A DNA stretch of 64,000 bases from a virus (IMGVR_UViG_3300029286_001711), one strand, 5' to 3'; positions 18,378-28,538 are shown, counted from the first letter of the stretch. The notes: a model not told the origin generated them from the letters alone. Numbers and translations are program-made.

Positions 18378-18710
18378 ATGAGAAAAAAGATTATTTTAAA
18401 AGAACATCAAATTAAGAAACTTATTGAAGCCAGAATTAATGATTTCAATGTAGAAGATATTGCTAAACGCCTAGAATCAATTGATTGTTCAGGTGAGGAT
18501 TTAAAGTATTTAGTTACAAATATTCTTAAAAAATACGGATATGAGGGTGTTAAAGTCCTTTTCTTAGGACATGATGAACAAACAAAAGACCTCCGATATG
18601 TTGCTTATACCGAAGGCCCAATATTTGTTTATAAAACTAAATCAGAAGTTAGTCCTGAAGACAGACCTTGTCTTACTGTTTACGAAGTAAAAGTATTCCA
18701 ACAAATCTAA
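18378..18710 (+). CDS. Hypothetical protein, putative head cargo
   Basis: Leader MRKKIILKEHQIKKLIE. Confidence 0.55.
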   Translation: MRKKIILKEHQIKKLIEARINDFNVEDIAKRLESIDCSGEDLKYLVTNILKKYGYEGVKVLFLGHDEQTKDLRYVAYTEGPIFVYKTKSEVSPEDRPCLTVYEVKVFQQI

Positions 18711-19882
18711 TTACTTAATGGAAAATAAATCTTAGGGTGTGATTGATAATCATACAACTGCAGATCTTCTTCCATTAAACACTTACAAAAGTTATCATCT
18801 GAAAAACTTCTCAACACTGCTTGAGCATCAATAGGACCCACTCCACACTCACCTGATTCTGTAGGCCACCATTCCGTGTTAATGTTTAGCTTAGGTAGTG
18901 GGTATGGTTCTCTGCTTATTTGTTCTTTTACTCCATCTACATGGTTATTATAAATGTGCACATCTCCAAGATTACAGATAAGCTCATCAGGAATCATATT
19001 TACCATCTTACCTAACAGTTCTAATAACAATCCATAAGAAGCTACATTAAATGGCCACCCAAGTGCTGTATCTACTGAACGTTGATTCCAACTTAAAGAG
19101 ATTGCTCTACTTGGGATATTAAAATTGTCGTATTCAAACATATCCTCTTCTTCAGTACTTTCAACCCAAACACCATCTAACATTTTCTGAAATTTATGGG
19201 GTTTCATTTGATTGAATCTATTTGAATATAAATCCCATCTTTCTTCTCTACTCAACTCTCTTGTATAAACTTGAAATCCATAATGACAAGGTGGTAAAAC
19301 CATATGATGTAATTCACCAACATTCCAAGCATTAACCATTAATCTCCTACTATCGGGATTTTGTTTTAAATCAGTAATAAGTTGTTGGATTTGGTCTATT
19401 GTTTGAGTGTTGTATTTTTGACCACCGTAGTTAACTATTTCATTTTCCCAACGTCTCCATTGTTTACCGTAGATAGGACCTAAATCCCCCCACTCTTTAG
19501 CAAATTCATCGTGATTTTTGATGTTGAGTATAAACTCATCTAAACTCATTAATCTGTTGTGACTACCTGTTATTGGATTAAAAATTTCTTTGTAATATCT
19601 TTTTTCGAAATTTTTATAACAATCACCATCCCAAATGTGACAGTTATTATCAACTAGGTATTTGATGTTGGTGTCTCCTCTGAGAAACCATAGTAGTTCG
19701 GTGACAATCGCTTTAAAAGCCATTCGCTTGGTGGTGAGTAAAGGAAATCCGTCCCGAAAATCATGTCGGAGTTGTCTTCCAAATACTGAAATTGTTCCTG
19801 TTCCTGTTCTGTCAGTTTTTTGTTTTCCATTGTCTAAAATATCTTGAAGTAGTTCCTTATATTGTTTGTCGAGGTTGTTCAT
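18707..19882 (-). CDS. thyA: Thymidylate synthase
   Basis: DRTGTGT, FPLLTTK, ELLWFL, LGPIYGKQWR, PDSRR, LPPCH, QRSVD, PFN, DVHIY. Confidence 0.96.
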   Translation of the reverse strand: MNNLDKQYKELLQDILDNGKQKTDRTGTGTISVFGRQLRHDFRDGFPLLTTKRMAFKAIVTELLWFLRGDTNIKYLVDNNCHIWDGDCYKNFEKRYYKEIFNPITGSHNRLMSLDEFILNIKNHDEFAKEWGDLGPIYGKQWRRWENEIVNYGGQKYNTQTIDQIQQLITDLKQNPDSRRLMVNAWNVGELHHMVLPPCHYGFQVYTRELSREERWDLYSNRFNQMKPHKFQKMLDGVWVESTEEEDMFEYDNFNIPSRAISLSWNQRSVDTALGWPFNVASYGLLLELLGKMVNMIPDELICNLGDVHIYNNHVDGVKEQISREPYPLPKLNINTEWWPTESGECGVGPIDAQAVLRSFSDDNFCKCLMEEDLQLYDYQSHPKIYFPLSN

Positions 19883-20174
19883 TTTTCTTATTTATAATTT
19901 CGTTTAACCTATTAACCTTTTCTGATGTATCAACATCGTCATTCTTTTTGGTTTGATACTTTTTAATGTGTTTACTAAAGACAGAACCTTGTGATTCAGC
20001 AATTTCAAATCTAATATAACTCTTATGGTCTATATTAGAATAGGTGTATTGACGGCCTGCATTAAATGTAATGACCAAGTCCCTGCTTGCCTGATTATAT
20101 TCAGACGCAAGAATATTGGACGATTTAAAAAGACAGGAAACTATTCCATCTTTTTCTATTCTTTCAACTAACAT
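19857..20174 (-). CDS. KTSC domain protein
   Basis: SSNI..EYN...LVITF..G..YTY.......F..AESQGSVF..HIK. Confidence 0.8.
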   Translation of the reverse strand: MLVERIEKDGIVSCLFKSSNILASEYNQASRDLVITFNAGRQYTYSNIDHKSYIRFEIAESQGSVFSKHIKKYQTKKNDDVDTSEKVNRLNEIINKKNEQPRQTI

Positions 20175-20380
20175 TAGTCTATGTAAGTTACCCAGTTCTT
20201 TATTGTACTTAAATGATGTACTTCAGTAATAATTTTTTCATCACCATGTATGGTTAGAATTAAGTAATCACCAGTAACAGTTACAGTTACACCGTTATAA
20301 TCGTTAGAGTAAACGGAGGCGTCAAATTCTTTTGCGTTTGGATTTTCTTTGAAGAAAATTGTAATTTTTTTATAATTCAT
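20174..20380 (-). CDS. Hypothetical protein
   Basis: 68 aa coupled to KTSC gene. Confidence 0.5.
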   Translation of the reverse strand: MNYKKITIFFKENPNAKEFDASVYSNDYNGVTVTVTGDYLILTIHGDEKIITEVHHLSTIKNWVTYID

Positions 20381-20416
20381 ATTAAAACTTAGTTATTTTT
20401 ATTCAGAAAGGGAATG

Positions 20417-20635
20417 TTATCTAACATTACACATCTTTCTTTTTATCTTATATATATTTTTTTTATATTCTACAATGTCTTCTTCAACTAAACGGTCAAA
20501 CTCAAAATTTTTACTAGATGTTGAACTAATATAAGCATAATAATCGTATCGTTCCTTAATCTTCTTATTCAATGAACAAATCTTCAATCTATAATATAAT
20601 ATTAGGGGATATTTTTTCATAAACTTTATTTTCAT
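20417..20635 (-). CDS. Hypothetical protein (start reassigned)
   Basis: Start moved to ATG 20635 to avoid overlap with clpC. Confidence 0.35.
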   Translation of the reverse strand: MKIKFMKKYPLILYYRLKICSLNKKIKERYDYYAYISSTSSKNFEFDRLVEEDIVEYKKNIYKIKRKMCNVR

Positions 20636-20672
20636 ACAATAGTAAATATATTTTCTAAAAAAGAAATACCCT

Positions 20673-23198
20673 ATGAGTATGAAAAAAATGGTACCTAAAG
20701 TTAGATCAATTTTAAAGAATGCTTTCAGAGAATCCATTAGACTTGGTGACTCTAAAATTAAACCAGAACATATATTACTATCAGTATTTAGCGATAAAAC
20801 AAATGGTGCAACAGAAGTTCTAAAAGAAATGGGAACAAATGTTATGGAATTAACAGAAAAGTTAGAAGGTTACTTGAGACTTAAATTAAAAAACCCTATT
20901 ATTGTAGAAGTAAAGATAATTCCTCTTAGTGAATCTTCTAAAAACGCTTTAAGTTCCGCAGAACTGGAGTCTGATAAATTAAGAGACGATTTTATAGGTA
21001 TCGAACATTTAATGTTAGCAATCTTAAAGAATCGTTCACTAGATGGGACAAAAGTTTTAGGAAATCAGGGTATTACCTATAGAACATTTAAAGAAACTTT
21101 ATTACATTTAAAACAACAAAAAATAAATATGAATATGTCAGGAGATTTTGAAGAATTAGACGACTACGGTAAGAAGGCGAAGAAAGCCTCACAAGGTAAG
21201 TCAACCACACCAATTTTAGATAATTTTGGTAAAGATGTAACCAAACTTGCCGCAGAAGGCCATATAGATCCCATCATTGGTAGGTCTGATGAAATTGAAA
21301 GAGTTTCACAAATTCTTTCAAGACGTAAAAAGAACAACCCAATTCTCATTGGAGAACCAGGTGTTGGTAAAACAGCCATCGTTGAAGGATTGGCACTTAA
21401 AATTATCGAAAGGAAATGTCCACGTATCCTTTTTGACAAACGTGTAGTTAGTTTGGATTTAGCATCACTTGTTGCTGGAACCAAATATCGTGGACAGTTT
21501 GAAGAAAGAATGAAAGGTATCATGCAGGAACTTGAAAAAGCTGACGATGTTATCCTTTTCATTGATGAAATCCACACCATGGTTGGTGCTGGTAACGCTT
21601 CAGGTTCGTTAGACGCGTCTAACATTTTAAAACCAGCGTTAGCTCGTGGTGATATCCAATGTATTGGAGCCACAACTCTCGATGAATATCGTGAGAACAT
21701 CGAAAAAGATGGAGCGTTAGCAAGACGTTTCCAAATGGTTCTTGTTGAACCGCCTTCTAAAGAAGAAACACTTATTATCCTTGATAATATTAAAGGTAAG
21801 TATGAGGACCACCACAAAGTGAGTTACTCACGTGAGGCAGTTGAAGCTTGTGTTAAATTAGCTGACCGTTATATCACAGACCGTGAACAACCAGATAAGG
21901 CTATCGACATCATGGATGAAGTTGGGGCTAGAATGCAGGTTCACATTAAACCACCACAAGATATTCTCGATTTAGAAGAGAAGATTTCTGAAGTTGGAAA
22001 ACAAAAAATTGAAGTTGTTAAGGCTCAACGTTATGAAGACGCCGCAAAACTTCGTGACGACGAAAAACGTCTTCAAGATAATCTTGAACAAGCAACCGAA
22101 GATTGGGCAAAAAACCTTGATAAGGTAAGACCCGTAATTTCAGAAGAAGATGTAGCGAAAGTTGTATCTATGGTAACAGGTATCCCTGTAACTAAGGTTG
22201 GTCAAAGTGAGACAGAGAAACTTCTCGCAATGGATAAAGAAATCAAAGATAAAGTTATCGGTCAAGATGACGCTATCGGTAAAATAACTAAAGCGATTAA
22301 GAGAAATCGTGTTGGTATTAAAAACCAAAACAAACCAATTGGTTCATTTATGTTCCTTGGTCCGACTGGTGTGGGTAAAACACACTTAGCTAAGAAATTA
22401 GCTGAAAGTATTTTTGGTTCACCTGACTCTCTTGTTCGTGTTGATATGAGTGAGTTCATGGAGAAACACTCTGTATCTAAATTAATCGGGGCACCTCCAG
22501 GGTATGTAGGTTACGAAGAAGGTGGACAGTTAACTGAGAAAATCAGAAGAAAACCATATTCAGTAATCTTATTGGATGAAATCGAAAAGGCACATCCTGA
22601 CGTGTTTAACGTATTACTTCAAGTATTAGACGAAGGTCACTTGAGTGATGGTTTAGGTAGAAAGATTGATTTCAAGAACGCACTTATCATCATGACTTCT
22701 AATGTTGGAGCACGTAAACTTCAAGAGTTTGGAGCTGGTGTTGGATTTGGAACTAAATCTAAAACTGACGGTGTTGATGAAGCAGCTGAGTCTGTAATTC
22801 AAGATTCACTTAAAAAGACTTTCTCACCAGAGTTCTTAAATCGTCTTGATGATGTTATCATCTTCAAATCTTTAGATAAAGAAGATATTAAGAAAATTGT
22901 TGAAATTCCTCTTAATGAAGTAATCGAAAGAGTAAAAGAAATGGGTTATACCCTTAAGTTTGACGAGTCTCTTAAAGAGTATCTTGTTGAAAAAGGTTAC
23001 GACGAGAAATATGGAGCACGTCCTCTTAATAGAGCAATCCAAAAGTATGTTGAAGACCCAATCTCTGAAAAGGTGTTAGATGGTGGTATTACCGCGGGTG
23101 ATACGCTTACAATATCTTACGATACCAAAACGGAAGATGTAAAAATCGACATTAAAAAGCCTAAAGCTTCTAAGAAAAAAGAAGATAAAGGTAAGTAA
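20673..23198 (+). CDS. clpC: ClpC-type AAA+ chaperone/protease ATPase subunit
   Basis: Clp-N repeats, GEPGVGKT, LFIDE, UVR-like M segment (QRYEDAAKLRD), GPTGVGKT, RVDMSEF, LLDEIEKAHPD, VGF loop; true start may be 20679 or 20688. Confidence 0.93.
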   Translation: MSMKKMVPKVRSILKNAFRESIRLGDSKIKPEHILLSVFSDKTNGATEVLKEMGTNVMELTEKLEGYLRLKLKNPIIVEVKIIPLSESSKNALSSAELESDKLRDDFIGIEHLMLAILKNRSLDGTKVLGNQGITYRTFKETLLHLKQQKINMNMSGDFEELDDYGKKAKKASQGKSTTPILDNFGKDVTKLAAEGHIDPIIGRSDEIERVSQILSRRKKNNPILIGEPGVGKTAIVEGLALKIIERKCPRILFDKRVVSLDLASLVAGTKYRGQFEERMKGIMQELEKADDVILFIDEIHTMVGAGNASGSLDASNILKPALARGDIQCIGATTLDEYRENIEKDGALARRFQMVLVEPPSKEETLIILDNIKGKYEDHHKVSYSREAVEACVKLADRYITDREQPDKAIDIMDEVGARMQVHIKPPQDILDLEEKISEVGKQKIEVVKAQRYEDAAKLRDDEKRLQDNLEQATEDWAKNLDKVRPVISEEDVAKVVSMVTGIPVTKVGQSETEKLLAMDKEIKDKVIGQDDAIGKITKAIKRNRVGIKNQNKPIGSFMFLGPTGVGKTHLAKKLAESIFGSPDSLVRVDMSEFMEKHSVSKLIGAPPGYVGYEEGGQLTEKIRRKPYSVILLDEIEKAHPDVFNVLLQVLDEGHLSDGLGRKIDFKNALIIMTSNVGARKLQEFGAGVGFGTKSKTDGVDEAAESVIQDSLKKTFSPEFLNRLDDVIIFKSLDKEDIKKIVEIPLNEVIERVKEMGYTLKFDESLKEYLVEKGYDEKYGARPLNRAIQKYVEDPISEKVLDGGITAGDTLTISYDTKTEDVKIDIKKPKASKKKEDKGK

Positions 23199-23202
23199 TA
23201 TT

Positions 23203-23228
23203 AAAACCCCTCTAATGAGGGGTTTTTT
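23203..23228 (+). terminator. Intrinsic terminator
   Basis: AAAACCCCTC-TAAT-GAGGGGTTTTTT. Confidence 0.85.
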
Positions 23229-23266
23229 GTTTCAAAATAATTCATTATCTTTATAAAAAATAAATT

Positions 23267-23863
23267 ATGGGAATATACGTTAGAAATCGAAAAACATTAG
23301 AGATGAAAAAAGTATCTCACACAAAATTCACAACTTTAATTGCAACATTTTTGGTTGTTTTTTTAATAACTTTAAGAATTGGTTATGGACTTGGATATGA
23401 TGTGGGTAAAAAAACTCAATTAAAAGAAAGTGATGTAGTCCTAATATTCAACGATTTAGAAAATACTAGTTTTACACCCAAAAAATTTTATGAATACTTA
23501 AAACAAGTTAATATTAAATTCCCAGAGATTATATTCGCTCAATCAATGAAAGAGTGTGGTTTTAAATCATCACTTTTTAAAAACAACAATAACCTTTTCG
23601 GAATGAGGGAGGCTAGTAGAAGACCTAATCTACAAAGTGATATCGTAAACGGTTATGGGTATTATGATAATTGGAAATTATCGGTAATTGATTATGCTTT
23701 ATATCAAGCCAACATAGGTGTTAATAAACTTAAAACCGAAGACCAATATTTAGAATTTATTAAGGAAATGGGGTATTTTGATGTTGACCACCCAAATAAT
23801 GTTACCTACCTATCTGACGTAAAATCTATCGCTAAAAATATTGAAAAATATATTAAAGAGTAG
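23267..23863 (+). CDS. Glucosaminidase-domain (GH73-like) peptidoglycan hydrolase with N-terminal TM
   Basis: FAQSMKECG, NNNLFGM, Y..WK.SV.DY; hydrophobic N-terminal segment. Confidence 0.75.
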   Translation: MGIYVRNRKTLEMKKVSHTKFTTLIATFLVVFLITLRIGYGLGYDVGKKTQLKESDVVLIFNDLENTSFTPKKFYEYLKQVNIKFPEIIFAQSMKECGFKSSLFKNNNNLFGMREASRRPNLQSDIVNGYGYYDNWKLSVIDYALYQANIGVNKLKTEDQYLEFIKEMGYFDVDHPNNVTYLSDVKSIAKNIEKYIKE

Positions 23864-24133
23864 ATCCTGGTTTTTTACCACCATAAGGTACTTTCATAAC
23901 TGGAAATTTATCCCCAGTTAATCTATGACCCTTTCTAGGTAATTCTATTCTATCAATATCATGAAATTGTAAGAATTTTTCTACTTCTGCTTTAAATAAA
24001 TCCATTACTTCACGGTGTGCTAAATCTGGGTGATTTTTTTAATATCAACCATTAATTCAACTAACGTATCTTGAATAGTAGAGGCACCCTCTTTAATTAG
24101 TCTTTGTACTTTTTTATAACCCTCGTTAATCAT
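23853..24133 (-). pseudogene. Frameshifted ~93 aa ORF (A7 run)
   Basis: ATG overlapping the DHH gene stop; frame 0 stops at 24020 while the -1 frame stays open to 23853; A7 run at 24034-24040. Confidence 0.5.
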
Positions 24134-25586
24134 TTTGTATATCTTTAGGTTGACCACCAATTTCTGGTGTTATAGATTTTAATTCTTCAAATACAACTAA
24201 TTTAAGTTCTTTTACAAATGAATCTTGTAATTCTTTAAGGAAGAATGTACCCATTTTACCAAAATACATTAAACCCGATATGTTTGTTATACACTTATGT
24301 CCACCACTATTAGCTTGGATTATATCCCAACCAGAGATTGTTAACATTTTAAGTGCTTTTCTTTCTCTATCGTTTAAAGTGGTATATGGTTTATCTAAAA
24401 TCCTTTTTATTGCGTTTTGCCATCTTTCTACTGTGTAATCAGGTGCTGCACCGTTGGGTACTGTATTTAATCCGTTAACTGTTTCACCGTATATAGCAAT
24501 TAAATCGTTATATGTGAAACCAACACTCTCAGCCTCAAAAGATTTATGTTTTTCACCAAAGTATTTTAATGAATCGACAGTTACTCTAAAATCTCTTAAA
24601 GCGGTCTCAGATTTACTTAATACCCTTTGTGCTATTTCCCCTAAGTTAACACCCTTTAATGTTCTTTCAGATTTAAAAGGATTACAACTAGCTTGTAAAA
24701 GACCTAATGGCCATGCAATAACCAAAAAGTTAGCGTCTGGAAAATTCTTGAAGGGAACATAACGGTCATAAGCCCCAGGTTTCATTAGTGGACCACCACC
24801 ATATTGTGATATAATACCAGTTACAGAATCGTATTTAACCTTATCACTGGCTTTCATTGTCTCACCGTAAGCCATAGCGTGTTGAGTCATTACCTCTGGT
24901 GAAATATAACCCTCTTCTTTAGCCAATCCAACTATGTTTTGGTATATGTTTAAAAGAGATGGGGTACAACCCATAACTAGTCTTTCTAAAAATCTCGGTT
25001 TGTTTTTGTAAGCTAACAAAAGTTTATTAGTTACAAGAGCCATGGCTTTCTTATTACTCTCAAGACTTTTTTCTTTATCTAAAGAGAAAACAAACTTCAT
25101 AACCTGCTCTGGTGTAATACCTAACTTAGCATAGTTAGCACTATCTACTGTAGATATCATCAAGACATCCAAATGTGGAAATATTTCTTTTGGTGAAACT
25201 ATTTGTGAGATAGTTTCAACATTAGACCTAGCTTGTCTAAAAGATTTAGAAGTTTCAGCTGATGTACCGATTTGTTTATCGTGGTGGTCAGTATGAATTA
25301 TGAACATAGGTTTACCGTGAGCAAAGTCAACTAAGACTGGCATGATATCACCTTTAGCCATCGGTTTTTTAATAGCAAATTCTCTGTCACCGTATTGGAT
25401 AACTTCACAATCAACCACTTCAATTCCATAACTTTCTAAATAGTTTTTCATTGCAATAGCTGTTGTAACACCATCAGTATCTTGATGAAAATAAATCTTT
25501 GCACTCTCATATCTTTGAGCTAGTTCTTTGATGTTTCTAACACCAGATTCTAAAAGGATATTTTTTTCTAATAGTAAAGTCGACAT
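24126..25586 (-). CDS. DHH-family phosphoesterase-like protein
   Basis: HQDTDG, VDFAHG, HTDHH, late GGH motif; ATATTTAT at 25602-25609. Confidence 0.7.
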   Translation of the reverse strand: MSTLLLEKNILLESGVRNIKELAQRYESAKIYFHQDTDGVTTAIAMKNYLESYGIEVVDCEVIQYGDREFAIKKPMAKGDIMPVLVDFAHGKPMFIIHTDHHDKQIGTSAETSKSFRQARSNVETISQIVSPKEIFPHLDVLMISTVDSANYAKLGITPEQVMKFVFSLDKEKSLESNKKAMALVTNKLLLAYKNKPRFLERLVMGCTPSLLNIYQNIVGLAKEEGYISPEVMTQHAMAYGETMKASDKVKYDSVTGIISQYGGGPLMKPGAYDRYVPFKNFPDANFLVIAWPLGLLQASCNPFKSERTLKGVNLGEIAQRVLSKSETALRDFRVTVDSLKYFGEKHKSFEAESVGFTYNDLIAIYGETVNGLNTVPNGAAPDYTVERWQNAIKRILDKPYTTLNDRERKALKMLTISGWDIIQANSGGHKCITNISGLMYFGKMGTFFLKELQDSFVKELKLVVFEELKSITPEIGGQPKDIQND

Positions 25587-25608
25587 TAAAATTCTTTTAT
25601 AATAAATA

Positions 25609-25830
25609 TCACGATCTTTTATTCAATTCTTCTTCTTGAATTTTTATGTATTTATCCAAATATTGTTTAGCTTTGTATAAATCCTGAATCCCATTCTTAT
25701 GTTTCCAACGTGTAACATATTTAACGACATTACCCTCAAAAAAATCGAGGTTATGTTGTGCCGAGTAGTCCCACATCTCTGTTTTTCCTTGATTGTAGTG
25801 GGATGGGTGTGTAACTTGTTCTTTATTCAT
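25609..25830 (-). CDS. DUF3310 family protein
   Basis: VTHPSHY, EGNVVKYVTRWKHKNG.QDL.KA..YL. Confidence 0.85.
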   Translation of the reverse strand: MNKEQVTHPSHYNQGKTEMWDYSAQHNLDFFEGNVVKYVTRWKHKNGIQDLYKAKQYLDKYIKIQEEELNKRS

Positions 25831-25897
25831 AATTAATTTGTATAATTAAAACTATTGTTATATCTTTGTAATTGTAAACAAAAACCTAATAAACTGT

Positions 25898-26914
25898 ATG
25901 TCAAAAACTAAAGAGACCGCACAAATCGTAAAGCTTACGGATTTCAATTTCCCACCAGAAGTATTCATACCTCTAAAAAGTGGTAAATTTATTGATACTA
26001 TAATATCCAAAAAGGGGGGTACAATGCCTGCAACCATTACAGTTGTTGTTGGTGAGCCGGGTTCGGGTAAAACAACCATGCTTGTCGATAAGATGGCTGG
26101 TATCGAGTCTATCGATAAAAATAAAAAATGTCTTTATATATCTTCCGAAATGAACCCTATTGATAATATGGAGTTAGCTGAAGATTTACCACAATTAATG
26201 GATTTAAATACATTATATCTAGCTGATTATGAAGATCCTAAAACAATTTTGGAAGATGTTCTTGATATTGGTTGGGATTACGTCCTAATTGATAGTTTCA
26301 TGGATGCTAAAGATAAAGTTAAAGATACTGCTAACATGAATTCAACAACCGTTGAAAGTTGGTTAATCAGTCTGATGATTAGACATACTAAAGGTCAAAA
26401 TAAGGCTAAAAAATACACCGCTTTTGATGTTATTCAACATATTACTAAAGGTGGTGAGTACGCTGGTTCCACAAAATTAAAACACAACACCACCGCGATG
26501 ATGTATGTTCGTATCGATGAACAAACAAATCAACGTTACCTTGTTTACGTTAAAAACCGTAGAGGTAGTATTCGTAAAAAATTATACATGTTACTCGAAG
26601 ATGGTGTTCTAGCTTACGATGGTAAAAAATATGGTGAATTAGAGAAAGCCATTAGTATTCAAAAACAAATGGATACATTCCAAAACGATAATGAGGCCAG
26701 ATTGATGGACTTACTTAAAACCTCTGAAACATCAGATAAAGAAATTTATAGTAAGATTTCTTTGGTTAAACCAGTTGGTGAGTTAGAACGTATTAGTATT
26801 GAGGAGTATAACAAAGAAATTAATGAAGCTGTTGAAAGGGTTCGTAATGGTGAAGGAATCCCTCATGAACAAGTTATGGAAGAAGTTGACAGAATTTTAG
26901 AAGGAGAAGATTAA
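25898..26914 (+). CDS. RadA/Sms-like (RecA-superfamily) ATPase
   Basis: GEPGSGKTT, YISSEM, VLIDS, HITKGGEYAGSTKLKH, KNRRG; TATCTTTG at 25861. Confidence 0.7.
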   Translation: MSKTKETAQIVKLTDFNFPPEVFIPLKSGKFIDTIISKKGGTMPATITVVVGEPGSGKTTMLVDKMAGIESIDKNKKCLYISSEMNPIDNMELAEDLPQLMDLNTLYLADYEDPKTILEDVLDIGWDYVLIDSFMDAKDKVKDTANMNSTTVESWLISLMIRHTKGQNKAKKYTAFDVIQHITKGGEYAGSTKLKHNTTAMMYVRIDEQTNQRYLVYVKNRRGSIRKKLYMLLEDGVLAYDGKKYGELEKAISIQKQMDTFQNDNEARLMDLLKTSETSDKEIYSKISLVKPVGELERISIEEYNKEINEAVERVRNGEGIPHEQVMEEVDRILEGED

Positions 26915-26975
26915 TCGTTATTGCGGTTGTATTTATCATAAAGTATCATTATATTAAACAAAACAAAGAAAAAAC

Positions 26976-28082
26976 ATGGAAAACATTAACTACGACAATT
27001 TTAAAAAAGAAGTAAAAGAAAACTACCCAATTCGTAAGAATTTAACATTAGCTGAACTTAATATCGATTTTGAAGATGTTGAGAGTCGTAATGGTAATAT
27101 TACTCTTGAGGGTGTTAAATTAAAACTATCATCAGGAGCTTTCAAATCACTTCTTAAGACCCTTAAGATTAGTGATACCTTTATTGGTAAGTTCACAGAC
27201 ATTTTCGGTATGAATTCTCGTAACCAATTGGTTAAGATTATTAAAACCAAATTGGCAACAGCAAAAGATATGAAAATATCTATCTACATTTCTCCATCAA
27301 CAATGAGAGTGGTAGCCATCACTGACGCTGGTAAACCTTATGTTTCCCCAGAGTTCTATTTTGACATGGTTGAAAACGTTATCAATGACCACGATTTAGG
27401 TATTAGTAGCATGTCCATTTCAAGTGAGGGTAATGTTCAAATTTCTACCATTAAAAGTGGTTGGGGCTTTGATATTCCAACTTTGAAAGATGAAGCTTTC
27501 CATACTGGTGTTATTGTAACAGCCGGTCCAACGGAAGAAATCGCGATTGACCCTTACATTTTACGTCTTGTTTGTGCAAACGGAATGGTTGGTCCTCGTC
27601 GTCTTGAAATGGGTCCTCGTTTAATGAATAACAGTGTTGAAGATATTAACCGTTTCATGAATGAAATTAAGGGTTTAAGTGAAACCAATGTAAAATTTCA
27701 GGGTGTATTCTCTGATAATGTTAAGAAAATGAATTCTATTTCAGCTTCTTATAATGAAGTGTTAAAGCTTCGTGAACTTGTAGCTAACAAAGTTACAGAT
27801 AAGAATGACGCTCGTGTTGAAGCTGTTCTTGACCGTTTCTTCCCAACTAACGAGATTAAGGCCTCTTATAAAGACAAAGGTATCATCCTTGACTCTTTAA
27901 CTAACCGTCATTGGAAGAACGCTAAAACCGATATGACAGCCTGGGAACTACTTAACTCATTAACTGATGTAGCATCACACGATTACGGAATGGGAATTGG
28001 TGAACACGCTAAGAATGATTTGAGAAAACAATCTGGATTGTTTATGTTCAAAAAGGAATTCGATACAGAATTTATTCTATAA
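26976..28082 (+). CDS. DUF932-like protein
   Basis: LRLVCANGM motif and T.W.L.NSLT segment. Confidence 0.55.
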   Translation: MENINYDNFKKEVKENYPIRKNLTLAELNIDFEDVESRNGNITLEGVKLKLSSGAFKSLLKTLKISDTFIGKFTDIFGMNSRNQLVKIIKTKLATAKDMKISIYISPSTMRVVAITDAGKPYVSPEFYFDMVENVINDHDLGISSMSISSEGNVQISTIKSGWGFDIPTLKDEAFHTGVIVTAGPTEEIAIDPYILRLVCANGMVGPRRLEMGPRLMNNSVEDINRFMNEIKGLSETNVKFQGVFSDNVKKMNSISASYNEVLKLRELVANKVTDKNDARVEAVLDRFFPTNEIKASYKDKGIILDSLTNRHWKNAKTDMTAWELLNSLTDVASHDYGMGIGEHAKNDLRKQSGLFMFKKEFDTEFIL

Positions 28083-28114
28083 TAAAAAAGGGACTTTTTA
28101 AGTCCCTTTTTTAT
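28083..28114. terminator. Bidirectional terminator
   Basis: TAAAAAAGGGACTT-TTT-AAGTCCCTTTTTTA between convergent genes. Confidence 0.85.
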
Positions 28115-28157
28115 TTAATTAATAATTAACCAATAAACATAATTAACATCACTTATC

Positions 28158-28538
28158 TCACGACATAATCTCTTTATTTTCGTTCGTTATACAAATTGTT
28201 ACTTCTATAACTGTTCCTATTTCATCATAACTTACTGTATAACCTAAAGGAGTTGCTAACGAATCTGAGGAAAAAACATTCCTATATGTTTTAGAATCAC
28301 TTTTTATAGGAATTGTTAAGGATATATCTGTGTAAAGAATATCACCTACCTGTATAATTCTACTCGATGTGTATATCATCACACCTCCTCTTGGAGGCAA
28401 AACAATTTCATTACAAGCCTCCACCGATATATTATATGGTGTTCCTAATTGGAAAGATAAAACAGGGTTAAATCTTGACCTCAATGCTCTCTCTAATTCT
28501 TGTTTTTTTAGTGTAATTTGTTCTGTTCTATCTGCCAT
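28158..28538 (-). CDS. Putative structural protein
   Basis: 126 aa, beta-rich, in structural cluster. Confidence 0.5.
   Translation of the reverse strand: MADRTEQITLKKQELERALRSRFNPVLSFQLGTPYNISVEACNEIVLPPRGGVMIYTSSRIIQVGDILYTDISLTIPIKSDSKTYRNVFSSDSLATPLGYTVSYDEIGTVIEVTICITNENKEIMS

Noticed and set aside
18707-19882. Insertions in ThyA, and intron/intein search in thyA, terL and portal
   Set aside because: Insertions are short and in frame with no intein splice motifs or homing endonuclease; all catalytic motifs are contiguous
21164-21817. 217-aa minus-strand ORF inside clpC
   Set aside because: Typical antisense ORF of conserved Clp/Hsp100 genes; no independent signals
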